Assembly: GCA_023269085.1 (NCBI GenBank)
Contig: JAHFML010000003.1
Location: forward strand, 52,863 to 116,862
DNA from: a bacterium
Lineage (GTDB): Bacteria > Patescibacteriota > Minisyncoccia > Phycocordibacterales > Phycocordibacteraceae
Direction of reading: 5' to 3'
Length of the DNA stretch: 64,000 nt
The translations under genes and the position numbers were made by a program. The notes under the pieces were generated by a model. It was given only the letters and a program-made list of their open reading frames with translations. It ran no database searches and was not told the DNA's origin. Positions 1 to 9,275 of this stretch are shown in pieces (within the stretch, counting starts at the first letter, position 1; each line of letters begins with the position of its first letter).

Positions 1-300
1 TGGCTCGACTTCAGCCCGGTGCGCGGGCACGAACAGGACGGCAGGCGACCGGCGCTTATCGTTTCTCCGCACACGTATAATGCGAAGTCGGGGCTGGCGC
101 TCGCTTGCCCCATAACCTCACAGGTAAAGGGATACCCGTTTGAGGTCGCTTTCAAAGTGAAGCAGGTGCAGGGAGTTATTCTCGTCGACCAGATCCGCGG
201 GGTGGATTGGAAGGAGCGAAGGGCGGAGAAGATCGGTGCCGTTTCCGATTCTGTCATGCATGAGGTTCAAGAGTACCTCAAGAAGCTCATCGCTGAATAA
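1..300 (+). CDS. MazF/PemK-family endoribonuclease toxin (5' end runs off window start)
   Basis: Translation ...RRPALIVSPHTYNAKSGLALACPITSQVKGYPFEV... matches the conserved MazF/PemK core; the ORF continues upstream of position 1. Confidence 0.8.
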   Translation, partial: WLDFSPVRGHEQDGRRPALIVSPHTYNAKSGLALACPITSQVKGYPFEVAFKVKQVQGVILVDQIRGVDWKERRAEKIGAVSDSVMHEVQEYLKKLIAE

Positions 301-433
301 CCACCATGTGACGAAGTAGTTTCCATATAAAAATGTGAAAGTCCGACTTTCCAGAAATTGGGAAGTTGAAAGTGCGAGAGTGAGCCGTCGAAGGCGACCT
401 TCGACGGCCTTCGTTTTGTGCTACAATTAGCCC

Positions 434-730
434 ATGCAACCGACGATTCAAGAAATTGCAGAGAAGGCGAAGCCCGTATTCGAGAAGTACGGCATCTCGT
501 ATGCTGCGCTCTATGGGAGCATTGCGCGCGGTGAAGCGCGCCCAGATAGCGATGCTGATCTGCTTGTCGAGTATGACCGTCCGCTTGGGTTTGAATATTT
601 CGATATGCGCCGCGAGCTTGAAGAGGGTCTCGGCCGGCCGGTCGACATCATCACCGACGCGAGCATGAACAAGTTTTTGCGTCCGTACATCGTTCCCGAC
701 CTCACCCCCATCTATGGAGAAAAGCGATAG
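434..730 (+). CDS. mnt: Minimal nucleotidyltransferase (MNT) antitoxin of a HepT/MNT pair
   Basis: GS...ARGEARPDSDADLLV nucleotidyltransferase motif; overlaps the downstream HepT gene by 17 nt. Confidence 0.85.
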   Translation: MQPTIQEIAEKAKPVFEKYGISYAALYGSIARGEARPDSDADLLVEYDRPLGFEYFDMRRELEEGLGRPVDIITDASMNKFLRPYIVPDLTPIYGEKR

Positions 731-1064
731 TCCGTACCTCGCGCAGATTGCGGAGAATGTCACGAAGATACGAGCCTTTGTCGGCGACGAAGACTTTGAC
801 GCGTTCCTCGCGGACGGGAAGACGCAGAGCGCCGTCTTGATGCAGCTCCAGCAGATCGGCGAGCTCGCGAAGCGTGTTTCGCCGCAAGCGCAAGCGGAGA
901 CGCCATCGGTGCCGTGGCGCGATGTCACTGACTTTCGCAATGTGGTGGCGCATGAATATTATTCGGTGCAGTTGCCGGTCGTGTGGGAAATCATCACCGA
1001 TCAGCTCGCGCCGCTTGAAGTCGCTTGTGTTGAATATCTGAAAGCCCACCCGATACCGGAGTAG
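714..1064 (+). CDS. hepT: HepT (DUF86) RNase toxin
   Basis: C-terminal R-x4-H-x-Y motif (FRNVVAHEY); translationally coupled to MNT. Confidence 0.85.
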   Translation: MEKSDSPYLAQIAENVTKIRAFVGDEDFDAFLADGKTQSAVLMQLQQIGELAKRVSPQAQAETPSVPWRDVTDFRNVVAHEYYSVQLPVVWEIITDQLAPLEVACVEYLKAHPIPE

Positions 1065-1164
1065 GAGCCGCGGCCGGCAGAGCCGGCCGCGTGCTTGTTG
1101 ACGCTTCGGGGGCGAGGTGATACATTACTCGTACGCTCTTCGGGGCTTTATTTTTTACTGCTAC

Positions 1165-1434
1165 ATGGCAAAGACATCCCAGCTCGCGCGAATCGTCAAG
1201 AAGACGAAGCTCGTCGCTAAATATGCTGAAAAGCGCGCCGCCCTCAAGGCGGCGGGCGATGTCGCTGGTCTGCAGAAGCTCCCGAGAAACTCCTCGCCGG
1301 TCCGCTTGAAGAGCCGTTGCGCGATTACTGGTCGTTCGCGTGGCTATATGCGCGCCTTCGGCGTCTCGCGCATCCAGTTCCGCGAGATGGCGCTCGAGGG
1401 CAACATTCCGGGCGTTAAAAAAGCATCATGGTAA
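1165..1434 (+). CDS. rpsN: 30S ribosomal protein S14
   Basis: [29 protein letters not shown]...[39 protein letters not shown]; start taken at the internal Met of ORF 1117. Confidence 0.95.
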   Translation: MAKTSQLARIVKKTKLVAKYAEKRAALKAAGDVAGLQKLPRNSSPVRLKSRCAITGRSRGYMRAFGVSRIQFREMALEGNIPGVKKASW

Positions 1435-1832
1435 CAGACCGCATCGGCGATTTCATCATCCGCTTGCAGAACGCCGCGAAGGTGGGCAAGCGCGAGGCCA
1501 CTATGCCGTATTCGGCGCACGTGCTCGCTATCGCCAAGAAGCTCAAGAGCCTCGGCTTCATCGAGACGGTCGAGGTCGAAATAGTCGGCGATTCGACCGT
1601 GAAGAAGAACATCCTCGTCACGCTCGCCTTCGACGCGAAGGGGGCGCCGCGCTTGCGCGGCGTGAAGCGCATCAGCAAGCCGGGTCGTCGGCTCTATGTG
1701 TCCGCGGCCGAGGCGCACACGGTGAAGGGCGGTACGGGGAAGCGCATCATCTCGTCGTCGACCGGCATCGTCTCCGACGTCGAAGCCCGCAAGGGGAATG
1801 TCGGTGGCGAAAATCTCTTTGAGATCTGGTAG
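1428..1832 (+). CDS. rpsH: 30S ribosomal protein S8
   Basis: [16 protein letters not shown]... S8 signature; overlaps rpsN by 7 nt. Confidence 0.95.
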   Translation: MVTDRIGDFIIRLQNAAKVGKREATMPYSAHVLAIAKKLKSLGFIETVEVEIVGDSTVKKNILVTLAFDAKGAPRLRGVKRISKPGRRLYVSAAEAHTVKGGTGKRIISSSTGIVSDVEARKGNVGGENLFEIW

Positions 1833-1846
1833 CCCTATAATACTCT

Positions 1847-2377
1847 ATGTCACGCCTCGCTAAAAAACCGATTGCCGCAGGGAAGACCGATATCTCGGTC
1901 GCGGGTGGCACCTTGACCGTGAAGGGCACCAAGGGCACCTTGACCAAGCGCGTCCACCCGACGATCGATATTGCGGTCGAAGCGGGCCACGTGACCGTCA
2001 CGCCGAAGGATCGCTCGCGGCTCGCGAAGGCGCTCACGGGCACCTTCGCCTCGCATGTGAAGAACATGGTGCAGGGCGTCGAGACGCCGTTTGTGAAGAA
2101 GCTTATCCTCGAAGGCGTCGGCTACAAGGTCGCGACCGACGGGAAGAATGTTGTGCTCACGGTCGGCTTCTCACACACGGTACCGCTCGCTATCCCCGAG
2201 GGTGTCGTGGCGAAGGTCGAGAAGAATATCATCACGCTCGAGAGCATTGATAAAGAAGTGCTCGGCCAGTTCGCCGCCAACATTCGCCGCGTGAAGCCGC
2301 CAGAGCCATATCTCGGCAAGGGCATCCGCTACGATGGCGAGGTTATCCGTCGCAAGCAGGGCAAGAAGGCCGTCTAG
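1847..2377 (+). CDS. rplF: 50S ribosomal protein L6
   Basis: MSRLAKKPIAAGKTDISVAGGTLTVKGTKGTL...; two L6 repeats. Confidence 0.95.
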   Translation: MSRLAKKPIAAGKTDISVAGGTLTVKGTKGTLTKRVHPTIDIAVEAGHVTVTPKDRSRLAKALTGTFASHVKNMVQGVETPFVKKLILEGVGYKVATDGKNVVLTVGFSHTVPLAIPEGVVAKVEKNIITLESIDKEVLGQFAANIRRVKPPEPYLGKGIRYDGEVIRRKQGKKAV

Positions 2378-2385
2378 TCATTTAT

Positions 2386-2739
2386 ATGCAAACACACGCA
2401 CCCACCACCAAGTCTGAGCTCCGCGAGCGTCGCCACGCGCGCGTCCGCGCTATCGTGAAGGGCACTGCCGAGCGACCGCGCCTCGCCGTCTACCGGAGCA
2501 ATCGCTTTGTCTCGGCCCAGCTCATCGACGACACGGCAGGGAAGACACTCGCGGCGTCGCACGGCCGCGAGTTCAAGGGTGCGCAATCGGTGCAGGCGAA
2601 GTCGGTCGGCACCGCGATGGCCGAGAAGGCGAAGAAGCTCGGTGTCACGACGATCGTCTTCGATCGCGCCGGCTATCGCTATGGCGGGCAGGTGCAGACG
2701 CTTGCCGAAGCCGCGCGCGAAGGAGGTCTCATCTTTTAA
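2386..2739 (+). CDS. rplR: 50S ribosomal protein L18
   Basis: RLAVYRSNRFVSAQLIDD...GYRYGGQVQTLAEAAREGGL. Confidence 0.95.
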   Translation: MQTHAPTTKSELRERRHARVRAIVKGTAERPRLAVYRSNRFVSAQLIDDTAGKTLAASHGREFKGAQSVQAKSVGTAMAEKAKKLGVTTIVFDRAGYRYGGQVQTLAEAAREGGLIF

Positions 2740-2742
2740 TAT

Positions 2743-3327
2743 ATGGCAACCATGACACCAGAAAAAGGAATTGGAGCAGAGGCAACCGCGACACCGATCG
2801 CCGCTACATCGGCACCAACCGCGTCGTCGCGAGGCTCACTCCGTGGCCGCGGGAGCCGGCCGGCTGGCCGTGGTGCTCGCCCGCCGCGCGAGCGCGGAGA
2901 GTTCGACTCGGTCACGATCGACGTCCGTCGCGTGGCGCGCGTTATGGCCGGCGGTCGTCGCTTCAACTTCAGCCTCGTGGTCGTCATCGGCGACAAGAAG
3001 GGTCGGGTCGGCGTCGGCCTTGGCAAGGGTGTCGACACGGCGCTCGCTATCGACAAGGCGACGCGCGACGCGAAGAAGCATCTCTTCACCGTCGCTCGTA
3101 CGCGATCAGGCTCGATCCCGCACGAAGTGATGGCGAAGTACGCCTCATCGACCGTCGAGATTATCCCGTCGGAGGGTCGCGGTCTCGTCGCCGGTACTGC
3201 CGTGCGCACCGTGCTCGATCTCGCCGGTGTCACCGATGTCGTGACCAAGATCCATTCACGTTCGAAGAACAAGCTCACGATCGCCCGCGCGACCATCGAC
3301 GCTTTGAAGCAATTGCGCACCGCCTAG
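2743..3327 (+). CDS. rpsE: 30S ribosomal protein S5
   Basis: VTIDVRRVARVMAGGRRFNFSLVVVIGDKKGRVGVGLGKG... S5 core with an Arg/Gly-rich N-terminal extension. Confidence 0.95.
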   Translation: MATMTPEKGIGAEATATPIAATSAPTASSRGSLRGRGSRPAGRGARPPRERGEFDSVTIDVRRVARVMAGGRRFNFSLVVVIGDKKGRVGVGLGKGVDTALAIDKATRDAKKHLFTVARTRSGSIPHEVMAKYASSTVEIIPSEGRGLVAGTAVRTVLDLAGVTDVVTKIHSRSKNKLTIARATIDALKQLRTA

Positions 3328-3337
3328 CCTCTTTACC

Positions 3338-3790
3338 ATGCAACTCAACACACTAGCTCCGAAGACAAAGAAAGAAAGCCACCCGAAGGTTGGGCGTGGC
3401 GGCAAGCGCGGTAAGACCAGCGGCAAGGGCGGCAAGGGTCAGACCGCGCGCGCCGGGCATCATATCCGCCCGGAGGTACGCGACCGGATCAAGAAACTCC
3501 CCAAGCTCCGCGGCCACGGCAAGAATCGTTCGCGCACCGTCCGCACCAATCGTATCGATGCGGCGGTCGTCAATCTCGCCGCGCTCGAAGCCGCCTTCAA
3601 AGCGGGTGAGGTCGTCTCGCCGGCAGCACTCCTCGCGAAAGGGCTCGTGCGCCGCGCGAAGGGTCGCGCGCCCGAGGTGAAGATCCTCGGCATGGGCACC
3701 TTGACCAAGGCGCTCACGATTCGCGGTTGTGTCCTCTCGGCGACCGCTCTTGCCGCGGTGCTCGCGGTCGGCGGCACCAACAATGATTAA
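3338..3790 (+). CDS. rplO: 50S ribosomal protein L15
   Basis: MQLNTLAPKTKKESHPKVGRGGKRGKTSGKGGKGQ... L15; begins 10 nt after rpsE with no rpmD (L30) in between. Confidence 0.95.
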   Translation: MQLNTLAPKTKKESHPKVGRGGKRGKTSGKGGKGQTARAGHHIRPEVRDRIKKLPKLRGHGKNRSRTVRTNRIDAAVVNLAALEAAFKAGEVVSPAALLAKGLVRRAKGRAPEVKILGMGTLTKALTIRGCVLSATALAAVLAVGGTNND

Positions 3791-5057
3791 TTCTTTTTTG
3801 CATAAGGTGAAGCTGGCGCTCGGCGATGCCGAGATCCGCTTCCGCATCCTCTTCGTCGTCGGCGCACTCGCCATCTTCCGGCTCCTTGCGGCTATTCCCA
3901 TCCCGGGAGTCGACAAGGCGGCGCTCGCGCAATTCTTCGCGAGCAATCAGTTTTTCGGTCTTTTGAATATCTTCTCGGGCGGCGGGCTCGCGCATCTCTC
4001 TATCGTGATGCTCGGCGTCGGCCCTTACATCACCGCTTCTATCGTGATGCAGCTCGCGACGATCGTCTTCCCGCAGGTGAAGGAGGCGTACTTCGAAGAT
4101 GGCGAGGCCGGTCGCGCGAAGTTCATCGAGTGGAGCCGCCTCCTCACGATACCGATCGCGGTCTTGCAGGCTATCGGCTTCCTCTTCTTGCTTCAGAATC
4201 AGCATGTCATCGGTCACTTGAGCACCGTCGCTCTCATCGCGAACATCGCAATCGTCACAGCCGGCTCGCTCCTCCTCATGTGGATCGGTGAGCTCGTGAC
4301 CGAGTTCGGTATTGGCAACGGCGTGTCGCTCATCATCCTCGCGGGTATCCTTGCGAGTGTACCGGCGAGCATCTCGCAGAGCCTCTTCGCCGCCTCGGCC
4401 GCGAACATCCCGGCCTATCTCGGCTTCATCATTCTCGCGGCCGCGATGATCTATGCGGTGGTGGTCGTTTCGGATGCCGAGCGTTCGATACCCATAGCGT
4501 ACGCCCGCGCCGTCCGCGGTGCGGCGATGGCGCAGGGAGCCGCAACGTATCTCCCGATTCGTCTCCTCCAAGCCGGCGTGATACCCATCATCTTTGCGCT
4601 CTCGCTCCTGCTCATCCCGCAGATGGCGCTCTCGATGCTCTCGACTCTGCACGTCTCCTTCGCACAGGGCGCGGCGCTCTGGTACACCGCCTTCCTCTCC
4701 AACCCGTGGCAGTACGGCGCTATCTACTTCGCGCTCGTGGTGCTCTTTACCTACTTCTATACCGCCGTCACCTTCGAGCCGAAGCGCGTCGCCGAGAATC
4801 TCCAGAAGACCGGCGCCTTCGTCCCGGGCGTGCGCCCCGGCCGCGAGACCGAGGAGTATATCAATAACGTGGTCAATCGCGTGACGCTTCCCGGAGCCTG
4901 CTTCCTCGGCCTCCTCGCGGTCTCGCCGTCGATTATCCAAGGGCTCACCGGCGTCACGACGCTCGTCCTTGGCGGCACGGCGCTCCTCATCGCGGTGCAG
5001 GTCATCCTCGACCTCGTGAACAAGATCGACGCCCAAGTCTCGCTTCGAGAATACTAA
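3783..5057 (+). CDS. secY: Preprotein translocase SecY
   Basis: MINSFLHKVKLALGDAEIRFRILFVVGALAIFR...MLGVGPYITASIVMQL...; 10 TM; ATG at 3783. Confidence 0.95.
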   Translation: MINSFLHKVKLALGDAEIRFRILFVVGALAIFRLLAAIPIPGVDKAALAQFFASNQFFGLLNIFSGGGLAHLSIVMLGVGPYITASIVMQLATIVFPQVKEAYFEDGEAGRAKFIEWSRLLTIPIAVLQAIGFLFLLQNQHVIGHLSTVALIANIAIVTAGSLLLMWIGELVTEFGIGNGVSLIILAGILASVPASISQSLFAASAANIPAYLGFIILAAAMIYAVVVVSDAERSIPIAYARAVRGAAMAQGAATYLPIRLLQAGVIPIIFALSLLLIPQMALSMLSTLHVSFAQGAALWYTAFLSNPWQYGAIYFALVVLFTYFYTAVTFEPKRVAENLQKTGAFVPGVRPGRETEEYINNVVNRVTLPGACFLGLLAVSPSIIQGLTGVTTLVLGGTALLIAVQVILDLVNKIDAQVSLREY

Positions 5058-5101
5058 AGCACGCGCCGCTTCGCGGCGTGTGGCGTGCTACTATAACAAC
5101 C

Positions 5102-5665
5102 ATGCAACCACGCACTATTTTTTTTATCGGCAAGCCCGGCTGCGGGAAGGGGACACAGGCGAAATTACTTGCACAAGAGACCGGCTGGCAGATTGTCTCT
5201 GCTGGCGACCAGTTCCGCGCCATCGCGCTCGAGGAGACGCCGGTCGGGCATAAGATCAAGGCGCAGATGGAGGCAGGCGATCTCGCGCCGCACTGGTTCG
5301 CGATGTATCTCTATCTGAAGTCGCTCTTCGCGGCAGACGAGGGCGCGGACATCATCTTCGACGGCTTCAACCGCGAGCTCTCTGAGGCGGTGCTCGTCGT
5401 CGACTCACTCGCGTGGCTCGGGCGCCCGTTCAATATCGTGAACCTTGTCATCTCGGACGAAGAAGTTCTCGCGCGTCTCGCGAAGCGGAAGGAAATAGAG
5501 GGTCGCGCCGATGACAATGTCGTCGAGGAGCGCTTGAAGGAGTTCCATCAGCACACTGATCCTGCGATCGCGATGTTCAGAGATGCGGGCGTCCTCATCG
5601 ACGTGAACGGCGATCAGGGTATCGAAGCTATTTCGGCCGATATCCGTTCGGCACTCGGCGTCTAG
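5102..5665 (+). CDS. adk: Adenylate kinase
   Basis: IFFIGKPGCGKGTQAKLLAQE... P-loop adenylate kinase. Confidence 0.93.
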   Translation: MQPRTIFFIGKPGCGKGTQAKLLAQETGWQIVSAGDQFRAIALEETPVGHKIKAQMEAGDLAPHWFAMYLYLKSLFAADEGADIIFDGFNRELSEAVLVVDSLAWLGRPFNIVNLVISDEEVLARLAKRKEIEGRADDNVVEERLKEFHQHTDPAIAMFRDAGVLIDVNGDQGIEAISADIRSALGV

Positions 5666-5668
5666 CTC

Positions 5669-6436
5669 ATGATTATCAAGACCGAGGCAGAACGCGCGGC
5701 TCTCATTGAAGGCGGCAAAAGGCTCGCGGCTATTCTGCGCGCGCTCGGAGCGAAGGCCGCGCCGGGTGTCACCGCTCACGAGCTCGATGCACTCGCCGAG
5801 GAGATGATACGCACGGGCGGGGACGAGCCCTGCTTCAAGGGCTACACGCCCGAGGGGGCCGCGCGGCCGTACCCGGCCGCGCTCTGCGTCTCCATAAACG
5901 ACGAAGTCGTGCATGGCATCCCGAACGAGTCGGTGAAGATTCTAAAAGAAGGCGACATCGTCGGGCTCGACCTCGGGCTCCGGCACGGTGGCATCGTGGT
6001 CGACGCGGCTATCACGGTCGCCATCGGCGCGGTGAACGAAGAGACTCTGCGGCTCATGCGCGCGACCTCTGCCGCGCTCGCGGCGGGCATCGCGGCCGCC
6101 CTCCCGAGCGGCCGCGTCGGCGACATCGGCCACGCGATACAAGAAGTGATTGAAGACGCAGGCTTCAAAGTGGTCAAAGAGCTCGGCGGGCACGGCGTCG
6201 GCACTCTCGTGCACGAAGAGCCCTTCATCTCGAACTTCGGCAAGCGCGGCACGGGCGAGCTCCTCGAAGAGGGTATGGTGCTCGCCCTCGAGCCTATTGC
6301 TTCGGCGGGCAAGGCGGCGGTCGTTGTCGCGCCGGACGGCTACACTTTCCGTACCAAAGACGGCTCCAAGAGCGCCCACTACGAGCACACCATCTTGCTC
6401 GAGAATGGCGGCGCAACCGTGGTAACGGTTTGTTGA
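5669..6436 (+). CDS. map: Methionine aminopeptidase type I
   Basis: pita-bread fold; metal ligands DxD...H...E...E pattern; conserved position after adk. Confidence 0.93.
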   Translation: MIIKTEAERAALIEGGKRLAAILRALGAKAAPGVTAHELDALAEEMIRTGGDEPCFKGYTPEGAARPYPAALCVSINDEVVHGIPNESVKILKEGDIVGLDLGLRHGGIVVDAAITVAIGAVNEETLRLMRATSAALAAGIAAALPSGRVGDIGHAIQEVIEDAGFKVVKELGGHGVGTLVHEEPFISNFGKRGTGELLEEGMVLALEPIASAGKAAVVVAPDGYTFRTKDGSKSAHYEHTILLENGGATVVTVC

Positions 6437-6517
6437 TAAGCTACTTGCGGAGTAGCGGTCGGCGTACTAATATGACTTTGTGCTATCCAATTAGCAGAAA
6501 GTCTCTTTTTACATAGT

Positions 6518-7645
6518 ATGCATATTTTCCGCCGTAAATTAGAGGACCACATAGTTCAAAACATCGCATCGGGGAAGATTTTGCTCATCTTCGGTCCGCG
6601 ACAAGTTGGTAAGACAACACTAGCAAAGAGAATTCTCGCTGAATACGGAGATCCTGCGGCATACTTCAATTGCGAAGAATTGGCTGTGCGCGAACACCTC
6701 GTCGTCGGCGTCGCAGAGCGGCTCAAAGAACTTGCCGGAGATCATAAGCTCATCGTGCTTGATGAAGCGCAGACGGTCGAAAATATTGGTGCTATCCTCA
6801 AACTCTTTGCCGATACCTATCCGGATACCCAAATCATCGCGACAGGATCTTCGTCATTCGACCTTGCGAACAAAATAAACGAGCCGCTTACTGGCCGCGC
6901 TTTTTCGTATACACTCTTGCCGCTCTCGCTTGAAGAGATTGCGTCGGCAAAAGAGGTCAATCGCGACGAGCTCGACCTCCTCATGCGCTTCGGAGCGTAT
7001 CCGGCGATTGTTGCGGCAAGCACGGTCGCCGACAAAGAGCAGAATCTCAAGAATATAGCGACGAGCTATCTCTACAAAGATATTTTCACTTTTGAGAGAA
7101 TCAAGAGCCCTCTTCACTTTGAGCATCTTTTGAAACTGCTCGCGTATCAAGTTGGTTCTACTGTGTCGCTCAACGAGCTTGCCGAGAGTCTCGGCGTGAG
7201 CCGCCATACGGTCGAGAAATACCTGCGCTTGCTTGAGCAGGCGTATGTGATCCGGCGCGTGTACGCGTTCTCGCGGAACAAGAGGAACGAGATTCGTCGC
7301 GCATTTAAAGTATTCTTCTTGGATAATGGTGTGCGCAATGCGGTCATCAACGATCTGCGCGATATCGGCATGCGCGAAGATGTCGGGCCACTATTCGAGC
7401 AGATGTTCTTCGCCGAGCTGTTGAAGCAGACGACACTTGAAACGCTCTCTCCCGAGGTGCGGTTCTGGCGCACGAAGCAGGGGCTCGAGATCGACTTTAT
7501 CGTTGAGCGTGCGGGAGATCTCCGTGCCTACGAGTGTAAATGGGGTGCCGGAGAGGTATCATTTCGGGCGTTCCAAAACCGGTATCCCGACGCGCATGCA
7601 GAAGTCGTTCACCCAGAGACTTTGCTGGCGGCGTTTGCGCAATGA
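6518..7645 (+). CDS. AAA+ ATPase with DUF4143-like C-terminal domain (COG1373-type)
   Basis: Walker A LLIFGPRQVGKTTLAKRIL, Walker B LIVLDEAQ; occupies the slot where infA-rpmJ-rpsM-rpsK would normally follow map. Confidence 0.75.
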   Translation: MHIFRRKLEDHIVQNIASGKILLIFGPRQVGKTTLAKRILAEYGDPAAYFNCEELAVREHLVVGVAERLKELAGDHKLIVLDEAQTVENIGAILKLFADTYPDTQIIATGSSSFDLANKINEPLTGRAFSYTLLPLSLEEIASAKEVNRDELDLLMRFGAYPAIVAASTVADKEQNLKNIATSYLYKDIFTFERIKSPLHFEHLLKLLAYQVGSTVSLNELAESLGVSRHTVEKYLRLLEQAYVIRRVYAFSRNKRNEIRRAFKVFFLDNGVRNAVINDLRDIGMREDVGPLFEQMFFAELLKQTTLETLSPEVRFWRTKQGLEIDFIVERAGDLRAYECKWGAGEVSFRAFQNRYPDAHAEVVHPETLLAAFAQ

Positions 7646-7736
7646 ACATGTCCTTGCTCGAAGCGTCCGGAGCGCGTATTATCACGGCATAGCCTACAAG
7701 GCGTCCGCCAGCTGGCGGATTAATATTTTTTGAACT

Positions 7737-8213
7737 ATGGCACATCCTAAAGAAGAGAAGACGCTTATTATCTTGAAGCCGGATGCCGTGCATCGCGGTC
7801 TCATGGGCGAGATCGTCACGCGCTTTGAGCGCAAAGGGCTCAAGATTGTCGGCATGAAGATGATTCAACTCGAGGACGCGCTCATCGAGGCGCACTACGC
7901 GCACATCGCCGACAAGCCCTTCTTCGCGGGCATCAAGACCTTTATGAAGCAGTCGCCGGTGGTGGTGATGGCGCTCTCGGGCATCAACGCGGTCGCCGCG
8001 ACGCGCCTCATCGTCGGCCCGACAAAGGGCTATGAGGCCGCGGCGGGCACCATCCGCGGTGATCTCTCGCTCTCGATGCAGAGCAATATCGTGCACGCCT
8101 CTGATAGTCTTGAGTCGAGCGCAGCAGAAGTCGCACGATTCTTCAGTGAAGCCGAAATCTTCGACTACAAGCGCAACGACTTCGACTTCATCCACGCCGA
8201 CGAGGTGTTCTAG
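7737..8213 (+). CDS. ndk: Nucleoside diphosphate kinase
   Basis: EKTLIILKPDAVHRGLMGEIVTRFERKGLKIVGMKM...; NDK active-site region. Confidence 0.93.
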   Translation: MAHPKEEKTLIILKPDAVHRGLMGEIVTRFERKGLKIVGMKMIQLEDALIEAHYAHIADKPFFAGIKTFMKQSPVVVMALSGINAVAATRLIVGPTKGYEAAAGTIRGDLSLSMQSNIVHASDSLESSAAEVARFFSEAEIFDYKRNDFDFIHADEVF

Positions 8214-8512
8214 CCGATAAAAGCGAGTGTTTGTGCGATAATTCAGCGTTTTCCCCACCCCTGCTTGACGGAGGGGGTATAATGAAAGGTAGGAGCTGTT
8301 CTCGAAAACGCAACTTGCCAATCATACGGGACTCCGACAGTTCGTGCGTCTCGGTTTGAGCACTTCGGCCTTACGGCCTCAGTATTCCGACAGTCGTGCG
8401 ATAGGTAACCCACCTGGCAAGACACAGTTGCTTCACTGAGGACAGTTCCGTAGAAAATCCCATCTCTCCCGAGATGGGATTTTCTACGTCCCGAGCGCGC
8501 GTCGAGGGACTG

Positions 8513-8568
8513 CGTGCTACAGTATCCACATGCTTAAACTCACCTCATTCGGCGAGGCGGGGAAGGCG
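8513..8568 (+). repeat. Direct repeat DR-L (~88% identical to 9276..9330); partial duplicate of the 5' end of the downstream beta-CASP RNase gene
   Basis: cgtgctacagtatccacatgcttaaactcacctcattcggcgaggcggggaagg versus cgtgctacagtaccttcatgcttaaactcacatcattcggcggggcggggaagg. Confidence 0.8.
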
Positions 8569-8592
8569 GCAGACTTCTCTTGGACTTGAGCG

Positions 8593-8946
8593 TCAAGGGG
8601 TTGGTAATTCTGCAAGGCATTGCTTCACACCTGTTTTGAACGGTGGCAAATCGTTCTGGATAGTATCCCACACCGCATGGATATCGACCTCGGGATACTC
8701 GTGAATGAGGAAGTCGCGCATTGCCGCGGCCGGCTTCCAGTCGATATTGGGGTACGCCTCGCGCACCGCGTCAGGGATACGCTTGACCGCTTCGCCGATA
8801 ATCTCGAGATTGCGCACGACCGCATCTTGCGTCTTCCCATCTGCGCCAAATGCCTCTGCCGACATGTCGATGGTGTACGACTCGATGCTCGTGATTGCAC
8901 CGATTATATCTGCTAGGTAGAGACGGATGTCGCGCGGAGCGGTCAT
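8593..8946 (-). CDS. hepT: HepT (DUF86) RNase toxin, second copy
   Basis: MTAPRDIRLYLADIIGAI...RDFLIHEY R-x4-H-x-Y motif; 4-nt overlap with upstream MNT. Confidence 0.85.
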   Translation of the reverse strand: MTAPRDIRLYLADIIGAITSIESYTIDMSAEAFGADGKTQDAVVRNLEIIGEAVKRIPDAVREAYPNIDWKPAAAMRDFLIHEYPEVDIHAVWDTIQNDLPPFKTGVKQCLAELPTP

Positions 8947-9221
8947 AGGATGGCGACTTCGTCTTTGAGGATGCGCTCGCGCAGGGCTGGTTTGATGGTG
9001 TCGTAGGCGATAAGGTCGACATTCTTCCCGAGTGTCGCTTCGAGCTCCTGTTTGAGCGTAAGGAACGAGAATAGTCCGTAAGGGCGCTTCATCTCGACGA
9101 GCAGATCGACATCGCGTGCAAACGGCTCGCCGCGCGCGACCGAACCGAACACTCCAGCGCGCGTTACCGCACGCCGCTTCAGTATTGGCGTCACTTTTTC
9201 TCGTACCTCTGCTATTTCCAT
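8943..9221 (-). CDS. mnt: MNT nucleotidyltransferase antitoxin, second copy
   Basis: GVFGSVARGEPFARDVDLLV nucleotidyltransferase motif. Confidence 0.85.
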   Translation of the reverse strand: MEIAEVREKVTPILKRRAVTRAGVFGSVARGEPFARDVDLLVEMKRPYGLFSFLTLKQELEATLGKNVDLIAYDTIKPALRERILKDEVAIL

Positions 9222-9275
9222 ACCTGAGAATCATACCATATTTTTGCGTGGCCGCCCCTTTAGGGTCGGCCGTGT

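Noticed and set aside
3714-5036. 440-aa minus-strand ORF antisense to secY (and similar long antisense ORFs at 27829..29193, 35312..36556, 25381..26259)
   Set aside because: Typical high-GC shadow ORFs opposite well-supported conserved genes; low-complexity Arg/Asp/Glu-rich translations with no domain signatures.
8256-8274. TTGACG...TATAAT promoter-like hexamers after ndk
   Set aside because: Spacing between the hexamers is only 7 nt, incompatible with a sigma-70 promoter.
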